Below, piece by piece: positions 35,531 to 47,188 of a stretch of DNA of 64,000 bases (position 1 is its first letter; each line of letters starts with the position of its first letter). The stretch is taken from assembly GCA_024704765.1 (NCBI GenBank), contig JAKMXF010000333.1, positions 237,266-301,265 of the forward strand, read 5' to 3'. The position numbers and the translations under genes are program-made. The notes beneath the pieces were generated by a model. The model had not been told where the DNA came from. It worked only from the letters and a program-made list of their open reading frames with translations, and searched no databases. Source of the stretch: Oopsacas minuta (taxonomy: Eukaryota > Animalia > Porifera).

Positions 35531-35996
35531 TTATTTAGCATTCTAGTTTCGAATATATATCTACTAAACTATTTATCTCATTTATACTTCATTCTTATAT
35601 CTTCTATTTTCTTTTTATTCTTTCTATGTTATTCACAATTATACTTTTCTATATTTTAGTGTTAATGTTTAATGGAAATTAGTCCATGAGCCAAACCCCA
35701 AAAATGGGCTTTCGGTATCATCTCTAGGGATAAAATCTCATAGTGATTGTTAAGTTTACTAGGGAGCGTTAGTCGAGAGATAATTATATTGAAACCTTAG
35801 TTCGCTTAATCATATTTGTAAGATAGCAATTTATACGCTAGTGATACTACCCAAGTATACGAATTTAGCTTTAGGTAATCTGGAACCAATATCCAGACTT
35901 AATTAATGGTCAAAACGGTCGGAAGCGGGTTTTTTGCTCCCTTGATGCAAGACAAAAGGCAAAAAACGATATTTGTTGAAAAACAAAGTTCTATAC

Positions 35997-37119
35997 CAGG
36001 CTTGTCCAACCTTTTTTGTTCGCTGGCCAAATAAGGGCTTCTTTAACTACTTGAGGGCAGCACGACATTGGATATATCAAGGTAGCATGATGTTATATAT
36101 TTAGGGATGGCGTTAATACGGATTATTTCAGAATTGAAAAATCACTACATGTTTTATTAAATTATAGTAAACCTTAATGATAATTAACATATCTAATGGG
36201 ATATCTGACTTTGTTTTTGTTTACACAAAGAGTAATATCTGCTCGTACATTTGATGTCGCAATCCATAATATTCCTGATAGATGAGTGTCTCTCAGGAGT
36301 GATCTAGACTTGCTTTTACCATTTTTCATCATTGATAAAAGCTGTTCACAGCAATATGTGCTGCCAAATAAGGAAAGGAACCTAAGGGCGTGTTGCGATA
36401 AATTAGGAAATAGATCCGATGTAACATATTGACCATAAAATGTCAGAAGGTCATACTGTGCAAAAGCTCCCTTTCTCTCCGAGTTATTTTGTATTTCAAT
36501 TAGTTCCAGTTGGAACATTTCAGGAGCATTCGTGGCATCAGTTCCAAAATCAACAGGTTCACCCGATCGATTCTCACCTGACCTGTAAGCGTGTCAAATG
36601 TATCTGCATGTTAGTAGAGTAATGTCGTTTGATATTCTACTCTTTGAATACAGCTATCTTCTCCTGACATATCAAGCACAATAAGCATTCGTTGTGTTCT
36701 ACCACGAAATAATCTAATGTCCAGAGGATTTGAAAACTCGACATCCACTATCAATTTTCCTTTTCTTTGCTTTAATCACGGGAGTTGACATATTTGTTTT
36801 GTAGTTATTTTAAAATTGTTTAAGATGGTTTATTATTTGGAATTTATATGAGCTGTTCCAGTTGAGAGAAACCCAGCTATGTAACATAATTACTCGATCA
36901 AAACTAAATTACAAAGTTATTTAAGGATTTTTAAGTTATTTGAAATCACACTTTTCTGAAAATAGTTTCATTCAATTTGGTTTCGCAATATTGGGTTTCT
37001 CTTAATTCAGTTCGCTCAAATAGGTTTACTCAATTAAATATCGCCACCAACTGGTAACAGTTCCCGAGCATGTTGGCGGGCCGGATTGTGGCCCGCGAGC
37101 CGTAGGTTGGACAAGCCTG
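35997..37119 (-). mobile_element. Non-autonomous hAT (Charlie/SPIN/GTF2IRD2-like) element, 1123 bp
   Basis: Perfect TIRs CAGGCTTGTCCAACC / GGTTGGACAAGCCTG and a perfect 8-bp TSD TTCTATAC (35989-35996, 37120-37127). Contains an internal transposase C-terminal remnant. Confidence 0.93.
36174..36518 (-). pseudogene. hAT transposase C-terminal (dimerization) fragment
   Basis: FPNLSQHALRFLSLFGSTYCCEQLLSMMK..KSKSRSLLRDTHL matches the hAT FxSTYxCExxFS..K...R..L motif. The catalytic core is absent. Confidence 0.85.
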
Positions 37120-37489
37120 TTCTATACGAACATACGTTACATTAGTATGATAAAGTATGTTCGTATAGAACTTTTTTTTGGGTTTTTAAGTTTTTCAACC
37201 AATGTCGTGTTTTTTTGCCTATGTGGTTTTACAGTCTCAAATACACAACCTAACTGAAATGAAGAGCTAAACCTATATCGAAGGGTGTTAACAAAGAAAT
37301 TTCCTAATCACAATTATATCAAAAACTCCCAACAATTAAGGTGGAAGCACGAATTCATACAGTACAAAGTATATACTTAAAGAGAGTAATAGGGTAACCC
37401 ATTTTGCAAAAACTCCGGAGATGCAAAAATACACGGGTGTAAAAACACTCGATGCAATTTGTATATACATAGCATTCTATACACTAATG

Positions 37490-38171
37490 CAAGGGTGCTT
37501 AACCGCTGGCTCGCGAGATCATTTGCTGTCGTCCGCGGATAATTCGCTTGTTTTCATTATTCATACATATATATATATATATATACAGTAAATTGACGTG
37601 CTTCAATAGTCAGAAAAGAATTGATTTCTAAATACCATATAGAAATAATTATAGATAATCTACAAATGCATCAATGTTCCTAGTATGAATACACTAATTG
37701 GTAACTATAGATAGCATTAACGAATTCTATCAATTATTAGAGCTTCATAAATAGAACGTAGGAGGCAGGACCTAAATTGAAATGGCGAATTCTTGCAGAA
37801 AACGAGATCCCAAGCAATATCATCGCTCTCATTAGTTAAATTTCGTAGTTAAGGTAGATTTTTCTACAATTTTATTCTACTATGAACAGTACATAATATA
37901 CGCCAAATCTAGGTTTAGTACTATAGTGCATTTGCTAGAAAACAAGCTGAGTTCAAAAGAGACATCAAATGATTCGAATCCACATAAAAGATTATAATTT
38001 AAGTGAATAACCTGAAATTACAAGTAGAATCCATTGTTAATGCAATATTAGGTAACAATATTATAATTGAAAATTGATTACACTAAAGCCGAAGGGATCT
38101 ATGATTTGTGGCCCGTAGACAGAGCCTCATTTTAAAAGTGGCCCGTAGATTTAAAGGTTTGAGCACCCCTG
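37490..38171. mobile_element. Old non-autonomous hAT-type MITE (~680 bp)
   Basis: Imperfect TIRs CAAGGGTGCTTAACC / GGTTTGAGCACCCCTG, with GGCCCG-type subterminal motifs. Flanking 8-mers CACTAATG and CGCTAAGG match 6/8. Confidence 0.65.
37567..37585. repeat. (AT)n microsatellite
   Basis: ATATATATATATATATATA. Confidence 0.9.
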
Positions 38172-38849
38172 CGCTAAGGCAATGGTGGTCACTGAAATTT
38201 GGACCATGGATTGATTGAATACCTCAATATTCGCAAAGAAAATTCTATTTGTCGTGATAAAATTAAAATGGTACATTTTGACCCGAATAAATGTATTATT
38301 GATATTTACAATACACAAATTCTATATCTACAAAGTATTTCCGGGCCGAAATGACATAATCTTCTTGCTTGGTTAGCAATTATGTCAAGAAATCGTAACT
38401 ATATATCAATTATACATTTATTCGAGCGAAAACTGCACCAATTTTATATTATCGATTAAAATATATTGCATATCAAATTTAATAGATTGAATTATTCCAT
38501 GGTTAAATACCGTGGAAAGGCTTTAGTTTCCTAGGCTATGTTGAGTTTCTCATAATGATTTAAAGAACATATAACACACACACTGGACATGTTTCTCTGT
38601 CAACTAAATTCATACATTATTTTAATTAATTAATTAATTAGAACATTTTTCTTTTTACTGTTACATTTATTTATTTAGCTAGCGTTACTGTTTTTACAAC
38701 TCTGATGAACTTATATCGAAGAAGAAGCCTTTGAATTTAAGAGAAAAATATTGTTATTTGGAGGTAAGAGATGGGGATCCCATTCTGCTGCACTATCCTC
38801 GGGAGAACACTAGAGAGGAGTTTTATATTAATAAAGCATATATTAAAAA

Positions 38850-38950
38850 GTACTGTGCGCATGTCCACTAGGTACTGTGCGCATGTCCACTAGGTACTGT
38901 GCGCATGTCCATTAGGTACTGTGCGCATGTCCGTTAAGTGCTGTGCGCAT
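38850..38950 (+). repeat. Left subterminal 22-bp tandem array (~4.5 copies)
   Basis: Unit TACTGTGCGCATGTCCA(C/T)TAGG starts at 38851, 38873, 38895 and 38917, plus a partial copy. Confidence 0.95.
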
Positions 38951-39315
38951 ACATGTAAAAATATTTATTCAATTTGTTGTATGCATATATAATGTTACTA
39001 CGGTTGTATGCATATATATTGTGAATGCAGGTCAGAAAAAGTAATATCACGAATTGTACGTATTCTGATATCAATAGAGTCTCGTTAATACGAACAGGGT
39101 TAAGGCGTAACTCCGGATAAGGACTACAATTTGTCCCCTTTATCAGTTCCCTTCGATGCCTTTTCAATGTAATTAGTTCGGATAATACGGGAGTACGTAT
39201 TTTGGCAGTCCCTTGTGTACGTAATAACGAGAGTCTACTTAGTACTCTGGTATAATTCTCTGACTGTCTCATACAATAAGAAATAATCAGTTTCATCCTT
39301 CTCACCGGTTTAAAC

Positions 39316-42300
39316 ATGGCCGAAAATATCTCTACCTCAACTTTTGAAATTAAACACCCACATCCAAGGAAACGAAGAATAGTTGAGGAGAAATTTGACA
39401 TTACTGCAACAACCCTCAACATTGGAGGAATTGAAATTTCGAAGACAGATGTTTCGCCAGTAGATATCACAATATCAGAAGAGCAGTTTGAAATTGTACC
39501 AAGTAAGTTACGTATTGAAAAGGCACATTTCCATGGAATGCTATACTATTTAACACGACATTACTCAATATACATTTTTAGGCCATCCCAAGAAAGAAGT
39601 ATACGCTGAAATCTTTTCACAAGAAGAGCTAACTATTCCAGTACTAGATCAATATGTACATCTGCTTGCTGATAAACAGAAGGCTTGGCGTTTGCAAGAT
39701 TGCCCTGTAGTATTCATGTCAGATTTTGAAGAAATCAATGGTATGACACCTTTATGTAACTATAGTGACCCTCGCTAATCCGAACCTCGTCAATCAGAAC
39801 AGAGCCTAAATGTTATACAAGTATACGAGCCTTTGGCTCGTCGCTTCGCGATGAAATCGCCGCATTGCGCCTCGAGGTATTCAACGGACAAACAACAATT
39901 GAGATTAAATAATATAGATTTAATTCAACAGCGAACAAAACCACCAAAGAATTTAGCCTAGTTAGGCAAGGTGGTGGCTAAGTTAGCTACCATGTATTCA
40001 ATTTTATCAAACGCTGCTTGGCAGCCTTGTAATCATTTGCACACAACATTCGAAAAATGTACTCCCAGATCCTATAGTGTTTCAATTCATGTTTTCATTT
40101 TCTAGGTGAAGTAATATTGGCCAAGAAAAAAGTTTTGATCGAAACTTGTCTGATGAAATGCTTATCTTGTCATACGAATTCTTGCACACATTATCAAGCA
40201 TATGAATTGTGTTTGGAATTCCAAACCTTAAACAATTCCGAATCCAAATCCCATGCTGGCAGTAGTTACTACACATTAAGTGCAAATACAATTTTTTTGC
40301 TGAAGAATGGCTATCATTGCCTATATAGGAAAGAAATGAAGTGGTATTGCGACAATTGTAGTAGTATGTGTAAAGAAAAGTTGATTCTACAGGCAATCAT
40401 GGCAGAATACAATGATCAGTTACCCGTTCCTCAGAAACCTCTTGATTATTCTACCATATCTAAACAATATCTTCCTTTTAAACTTAGTAAGAACCAGGCC
40501 ATTATATATAATGAACAGTTAAGACGAGGATTATTTCTACCCCCAAATCTTGAACCAGATATTTTGCATTGTGAGCAAGGACATAAATATGTTGCCAAAA
40601 GTCTAGTCGTAGCAAAAAAGGGAATCATTATATACACAGAAAATGATGTCCTCGATTTAAAAGAACATACAGGTATGTTATTTAATTATATACTACATAG
40701 TATATATTCTTTATTTGTCCTTTAATATCCAAGCTAGCTTATTTACTCAATTTTTAGTGTATACATCTACTTGTGAAGGAAGTTGTAGATGCACCTCTGT
40801 GTTTGAAGGAAATAAATATTTACTGCTGAATGTCAATAATCGCTATTTCATCCACTATGGAGTATTATTTGAATACAGCGAGTTTATGACGATGTCTCGG
40901 AATACACTACATGGATACATGAGGTATGTATTTTAGATACTTTTTGTCCGTTGGTTATGTACTCAATCGAATACCAAAATAACAAAAGAAATACATAGAT
41001 CAATTGTAAGTGATCTATTACGGTCGGTAGTCATAATTATATAATCAATTAAATCAAATTCATTTTTGAAAGTTGATCTGGTTACTCTTTATTGTGTTTA
41101 GAGCAAAGAATAATAAATTTGAGAGAATGGGAAGGGAACTCACCTTCAGTTATCATATACTACAGCATGGATGGAATGGGTACTTACGTATGTTAGACAT
41201 TAACTATAAGACAAGCTATATTTGCCCATTATGCCAAGAAGCTCCAGAATTCTTAATTATGGATGGCATAACAATGGGGACAATTAAGGAACTCCCGAAT
41301 ACAGTTGAAGAATACCTGGAAGATCAGAGGTTATCGTTTGTTCCATTATCAAACAGGGTATTGGTATCTGATCTACAAACCAGAAAATTGATCAAAAGTT
41401 ACTATTCATTTGGATTGGGTGAAAGCGAGTTTCATACCATGGTCAATTCTTTAGAGTTTGAAGAAATTACAGAGTACAGTATTTACGCTAACAATGTAAT
41501 TGATGAGGTCAATGTGATTAATCCGACTTATCCAAATGCTAAAGCTATTATGGAACTATTCTCCAGATCAGAACCAATTTCTGGCATTTTTCCTGTATCT
41601 ATCCTTAGCGAGTGCGAGAAGAAAGCTATTGCTAGTCTCTCTTGTGGTAACCAAATTGATACATGTCTGCTTTATGAGATTTTTGAAAAATGCATACTCT
41701 AAGGCTATTCCTTAGCTCGTTTGGTGAAGTTCAAGAACAATGTGCTACTAGTACAGGATTTACCCTTCATCCTATTCTTGCTGGTGTTCTAAGGGCTATT
41801 CTATCCAAGATTGAATTACTCAATAACTATAGAGAAGGACGGAAGACAGTAGAGGCTTCCCCATCAAATGACACTCTAGATAAATACTTTCCAGCGATAA
41901 CAAAACGTTACAGGTATTATATAATTGTATTCAACTATTCATTCAATATAATGCATCTGTTGAGAACATAATATAAATTCTATAGTGCAAACTTTCAAAT
42001 ATATTGAACCCTTAGATTACCGATGTATGAAGATGATAACGAAGAGAAATATAAAGGATGTACAAAAATATATCCGAAACATCAAAGGTTATCACCAGGA
42101 CTGTTAGTTGTTGTCTGTAGACATAAAGTGTGCTATGGATTTCAAATACTTCGTAGTAAAGAATCTACAACTACAGTATTTAACCTACTCCTGACGTTGT
42201 TCAAAAGCCCCCTCGTATTATAATATACGACAATGCTTGCAATCTACACAATACATGTATCATCAGGTTAGGATTAATATACAAAATACGCACAGTCGTA

Positions 42301-42668
42301 TACCATCTCTAAGATTTTTAATTTAATCTATGTAATGCTCTTAAAGTGCTAAGCATACGTACTTACTAGCATTATATAATAATAACTTCTATATTATCAT
42401 TAGGGAACCCAAACTTTTCAAAGATACTACATTCTTGGTTGATCGCTTTCACTGGAAGAATCATTGCTGCAATCCAGCTTATTCTTTGAAGTCAGTGAAG
42501 AGTCATGATTTCATGAGAATAAACTCTCAAGTTTGCGAGCAGCTGTTCTCTACATTAAGGAGAATAACCACCCAAGTATCTTTCATGCGGATCGAAAACA
42601 TATTCTACAATGTACGATATTTCTTATACTGTTTGAATGAACAAGAATTACGAAAACTAAAGTGCTAG
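39316..42668 (+). CDS. KDZ-type (HMGXB3/Kyakuja-like) transposase with Cys-cluster N-terminal region; 7 exons, two single-base frameshifts
   Basis: Exons 39316-39502, 39582-39740, 40106-40672, 40758-40923, 41102-41913, 42016-42266 and 42404-42668 are joined by GT-AG introns with matching phases. The product is ~802 aa once one base is restored in A5 (41686-41690) and one in C5 (42208-42212). Motifs: CPLC..PEFLIMDG, CTK..PGLLVVVCRHKVCYGF..ES, IIYDNAC, VDRFHWKNH, NSQVCEQ. Confidence 0.85.
39824..39880 (+). repeat. Dispersed GC-rich repeat in transposase intron 2; inverted copy at 57337-57391
   Basis: TACGAGCCTTTGGCTCGTCGCTTCGCGATGAAATCGCCGCATTGCGCCTCGAGGTAT matches the reverse complement of 57337-57391 at 51/57 positions. 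Confidence 0.75.
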
Positions 42669-42730
42669 TAGCTAATACACTATTCATGATTCATGAATAA
42701 TGAATAAATTGTAAAATTAACAAGTATACT

Positions 42731-44658
42731 TTAGATTCTCTTTACTAAACTCTTTTTGCTGTTACAACTTTTACAAATGAACGAGGAAACCTTTTGTGTA
42801 ATATCCTGTAGGCCAACACATGGTTTGTGAAACCATTGGGTACACACTTGACAATTCACCATATTCTTAAAAGCGAGCTCGGGTAGACGACAAATACACC
42901 AAAGTTCAATTGTATATTCCAACTTCTTATTAACCTTTATCCGTGAACAGGGTCTTTCAGAAATTGTAGGCAGAGGTGATAATTTTTCAGAAATAATGAA
43001 ATTACGCAGGTGACGTCTCATATTGCCCTGGTTCCACCTCAATATACTTGGTTCTAAACCATTCGCCAACGCGATACTAACTGCAATAGCAAAGACACCA
43101 CAATCTGAAATCCCTCTTTGTTGTTGTAGCTCTTGAATTGTAACTTTTAAATCTTCAGTCTCGCTTCGATAAAGCAGTGCAAGTTGGATGTCCAGCTCTT
43201 CACTTAGACCCCGGATTAATAACGAATCATATACTGATATATTTCCTTCATCGTCAATCCTAGACACTTTCCAGTGTAGTTTACCATCGTGGTGTATTTG
43301 AAAACTATTTAGTGCTGTTCTAACAAATTGGCGATTCTAATAAGATAAAAGACATACAATTTGAAATGCCAATTATTTCAGGACGATAAAATAAGCAAAA
43401 TAATAGATTTACCTTAGATAAAATAGTAACCTGGAATCCTTCAATGTCTGGATAATTATTCTTTATCAAAACCTAAACATAATTTATTAAGTAACCTAGT
43501 AAAAGTTGTTTAGTTGTTTGTCGAAGCGAAGTGCGAACGTAGGTTATAAATGGTATTGAAATGTAATATAATTAAATCATAGAGAGAGCTTACCCCAAAG
43601 GCGTTGATAGTCACATCACTAAGAAAGGTTTTGTCATTCGATAGCTCTTTAAGACAGTCATCCCTTACTTTTTCGTCTAAAATTCTCACAAATGTTACAT
43701 TTAATGGAATTAAAGCCTTTGCTGCTGATAATCCTGCCATTGAAACTACAGATGTATCCAAAAGAGACTGAGAGGAAGTAAAGGGTGAGTGATCGGGTTG
43801 CTGTTCTGATATGGTATTTGGTGTTGAATGGATCGATTCACCAAGATATAGTGGAGACGATGGGCATTTCTCTGGAGAAGTATTTAGAGATATTTCCACA
43901 TTGGAATTCGGAGAGGAAGGTGAATGATCAGTTGGTTTATATACATTCTCGTCATCCAAGTCTGAATCTAAACAATCTTCTTTTGATAAATGTATAGGTG
44001 ACCTGTCTCTAAAACTATCAGATAGATCTGGAGAAAAGTATTCACGCATCGATTTGATAACAGATAGCAAAGTAGTTCTGCCCATATTCTTTGATTGCTT
44101 GAGAAATGGAATTTCCTTGGGCCAAAATGTTGGCCGGAGTTCACTTTTCCCCCCAAAATTACCCGGTTTTCCTACAATTAAAATATGATATACGCATTAC
44201 CAAATTAATATTTACTTAAGTATTACACACCAATTTGTTTCAACAGCAGTACATACCCTGTACCCACGAAATAACAACAAAGGGTGGCTTCCAAAACTAA
44301 GGGTAAGAAAAACAAGAAACTTACTGTTCATCTTTTGAGTTCCCCATGATAAAATCTTTCTTAACGCATGGACATTATGTGTGTGTGGATCTTGTTTCAT
44401 CAGGTTCATCATTTCATCTTCTTTATAATCATCTCGAACAACTGATGAGTCTCCGACCACAGAGCTTTCAAATGTTAAGCTTCGCCAAATTTGTTCTTTC
44501 ATTTCAGCAACATGCTGCCGGTAAGTATCGCTTCCCAGAACTGATAATTATCCCCTCCAGGAGTAGACAACCCCTACAGATTCTCCCGTTACCTTTGTAA
44601 ACGTTGCAATCGCTTTAGCTAAATGCTCCCTAGCGTTGCCCTTGGTAATACGAGGCAT
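42731..44658 (-). CDS. Transposon accessory protein: Ulp1/SENP-like cysteine peptidase plus C-terminal PHD finger; 5 predicted exons (~499 aa)
   Basis: Predicted exons 44658-44593, 44514-44325, 44171-43594, 43472-43413 and 43336-42731 (GT-AG, phase-consistent). Catalytic-type motifs IHHDGKLHW, VYDSL and QQQRGISDCG are present. PHD: WCICRLPE..MVNCQVCTQWFHKPCVGL..FICKSC. The 78-bp first intron is less certain; without it there is an in-frame TAA at 44548-44550. Confidence 0.8.
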
Positions 44659-44803
44659 TTCAGCTAATTTGTACAAATTATAGTAAGAAAGTATTCAGCT
44701 AGACTGGTAGACTAATTACTAAAGTGGAATAACTGGGATCTGAAAAGCAGTCTAATATAACTTTATCTGTATAATATAAGCCTACTATGGTACATGAATC
44801 CCT

Positions 44804-44970
44804 ATGCGCACAGTACTTAATGGACATGCACACAGTACTTAATGGACATGCACACAGTACTTAATGGACATGCACACAGTACTTAATGGACATGCACACA
44901 GTACTTAATGGACATACGCACAGTACTTAATGGACATGCGCACAGTACCTAATGGACATGCGCACAGTAC
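44804..44970 (-). repeat. Right subterminal 22-bp tandem array (~7.5 copies), inverted relative to the left array
   Basis: CAGTAC recurs at 44811, 44833, 44855, 44877, 44899, 44921, 44943 and 44965. Unit on + strand: ACAGTACTTAATGGACATGC(G/A)C. Confidence 0.95.
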
Positions 44971-45269
44971 TTTTTAATACCTCTAATAAAGCTGTAATCA
45001 GAACTGCTGACCCATGGAGAAAAGCGGAATCACATATTAAGCTACTCAGCCACTTTCAATCTCTTGATTTGTATTAAATTACGCATGGACAACGAAGATC
45101 TGTTATTGACATAATAAGAGGTAGTGTTGCTTGAATAAGCAGAGATAGAAAAAGATTACATTGTATTTATAAAACAGTATATGAACTAGCTTTGTGGCTA
45201 TTTAAACTTGAAATTCCCCACATTGGAAATTACAACTCACTCCTCGATTTAGTATGTACTTTCAATGAA

Positions 45270-45740
45270 GAATTGTGTCATTTTTGACAGACACGAGATG
45301 CGAATGAAACACTAATCTACTAGCCTACTACCTGTACCGAGTTTATGGAGCTCATGGCAGCGGTGTTGGATGAGGAAGCTACATTACATTTTAAAGATTA
45401 CTTATCTACATTTGGTTCTTAGTCTCTAATGGCAGATGAGACTTTCATGCCTGGGAAATACGCTCGTTTTTTGATATTAATTCAGAACATAGAGTTGTGG
45501 AAGAGATGATAGACTGTTGTCCCATTGAATCAACGAAAGCAGTGTCTCTCTTCGAGATGGTGGATAAATGTCTGAGAATACGAGATTTGGAAGTTACAAT
45601 ATTGAAATGTGTATAATTTGATGGGCTGTAGTAATGTTTTTCCCAATTAATGGCCTTTACGGTCTCATGAAGCCAGGTGGAGAATTTAACATTCCAACAT
45701 TGTCGAGCTCATTGCTTGCAGTTAGTTGCTGGAGATTGTC
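45270..45740 (+). pseudogene. Highly decayed hAT transposase catalytic-core fragment
   Basis: Broken-frame motifs LMADET (~45426), IESTKAVSLFEMVDKCL, FDG and HCRAHCLQLV (~45700) correspond to hAT first Asp, second Asp and CxxH. Multiple stops and frameshifts. Confidence 0.65.
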
Positions 45741-46226
45741 ATCAAGCCGAACTAGCATCGGGAACAGCACACAGCTTGTATGTATTCATTCATAAACCTA
45801 ACCAAAAACTCAAGTTACTTTAAAAAGTTTCTACAAAAATTTCTACATGTTTATATTCAATTTGAATTAAATTCATCATTTTTTGGCACCTAATTCGGAT
45901 TTTACGTGAAAAATATAAAAATGCTATTAATCTGTATGTATGTAATTGTGTAAATATATGTTTGTAAGTCCAGAATTGATTGAAGAAACTGGAAGCCCGC
46001 AGGGCTAGGGATATTTTTGGACCGAATCTTACGGGAACCTAGTCCCAGGATCCTAGAAAATGCGTAAACCGTACAAAATATTTATATACTGTCTATTTGG
46101 CATGTTGGATAATTATAGGCATTGTAATATGTAGTGGGAACATATTTACATGCTATCAAACAAATTCATTACTAGAGCAATTACTACTAGAGTCAACCCT
46201 AGTTGACTTGTGTATTCAATTACGCA

Positions 46227-47188
46227 CAGGGTGACACATAAATACTGTTACAACTTTTAAAACTACCATATTGTAGATGAATATAATTCAATAATGTTGA
46301 AACTTATCCAATATATTGTACTACATATCTATTTTATCTCAATAAATCACACCGCTATATCTCACTTAGAAGTTTTATAATTTCAAAATTTTGTAATGGA
46401 GACTCGTCGTTCAGCTGTTATTGAGTTATTCAAGGCCGGAAAATGCAGAAGTGAATTGCCTCTTTGCTCAGTTACAATAGGATGTTTATTTCGCGAACTT
46501 TGTCACGGTTTGCTGATACAGGGGGCGTGTTAGACCAACCACGACCTGGCCGTCCACGTACTGCACGGACAATTTCTTTGACCAAGAGGGTGATACAACG
46601 GATTAAACGAAATCCCGCCCGAAATATCCGAAAAATGGCCATTGAAACAAATACAAACAGGGAATCGATGCGGAAGCTTGTTTGTAATGATTTGGGCATG
46701 AAAGCGTACAAAATGAAAAAAGACAACTCCTCACAGCCAAAAATAAAAGTATGAGGTTGGAAAGATGCAAGGCCATGCTTTCACGTTTCACCAATGGTCG
46801 ACACAAGCAGATCCTTTTCTCTGATGAGAAATTATTTACTGTTCAGCAGGTCCTAAACAAGCAAAATCATAGGATTTTAGCCACCGATAAGAGTACTTTG
46901 CCTGAATCTACTTTCCGGGTCTCTAGAACGCAGAAACCAGTTGAGGTTCTTAAGAGTACATTATTAAGAGAGTGAGATTCCAGATGAGCATGTGTGTGCC
47001 AGTGTAGACTCCTTCATCGTCCGTCTGAAGAGCTGCATTAAGGCAAAAGGCGATATATTTGAGTAATACTTTCTTAATTTTCAACCCTATAGTATAACTA
47101 AACATAATTTAGAATATTAGAACGATCGCTCCAATTGTTTTTGTTTTCAGCCCTTTTATATTTGCAACAGTATTTATGTGTCACCCTG
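46227..47188 (+). mobile_element. Internally deleted Tc1/mariner element of maT (DD37D)-like type, 962 bp
   Basis: 27-bp TIRs CAGGGTGACACATAAATACTGTT(A/G)CAA. TA flank on the right; left flank is CA. Confidence 0.9.
46396..47066 (+). pseudogene. maT-like transposase pseudogene (frameshifts; central catalytic region deleted)
   Basis: METRRSAVIELFKAG start, HTH region RPGRPRTART..RNPARNIRKMA, and ILFSDEKLFTVQQVLNKQNHRI. After TQKP (~46940) it jumps to the C-terminal ..CASVDSFIVRLKSCIKAKGDIFE*. Confidence 0.85.

Larger units (their letters stand above)
35951..37225. mobile_element. Small foldback MITE-like element (~145 bp when rejoined), split by a hAT insertion
   Basis: Left arm AGGCAAAAAACGATATTTGTTGAAAAA..AAAGTTCTATAC mirrors right arm GTATAGAACTTT..TTTTTTCAACCAATGTCGTGTTTTTTTTGCCT. 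The rejoined centre gives the hairpin GTTCTATACGAACATAC / GTATGTTCGTATAGAAC. Confidence 0.6.
38837..44983 (+). mobile_element. KDZ-superfamily (Kyakuja/Dileera/Zisupton-type) DNA transposon, ~6.15 kb, carrying two convergent spliced genes
   Basis: Inverted ends TATTAAAAAGTACTGTGCGCATGTCCA (38841) / TGGACATGCGCACAGTACTTTTTAATA (ends 44979), each followed internally by a 22-bp array. The direct repeat TAATAAAG lies symmetrically 4 bp outside each end (38829-38836, 44984-44991). Encodes a KDZ-type transposase and an Ulp1+PHD protein. Confidence 0.85.

Noticed and set aside
38934-39470. 178-aa minus-strand ORF
   Set aside because: It overlaps KDZ exon 1 antisense and the terminal array, and has no motif.
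44548-44550. In-frame TAA as a nonsense mutation in the Ulp1-PHD gene
   Set aside because: A frame-preserving 78-bp GT-AG intron (44592-44515) removes it; this is not proven without RNA data.
38850-44970. 22-bp arrays as CRISPR or iteron-type repeats
   Set aside because: They are head-to-tail with no spacers and mirrored at the two ends of a transposon.
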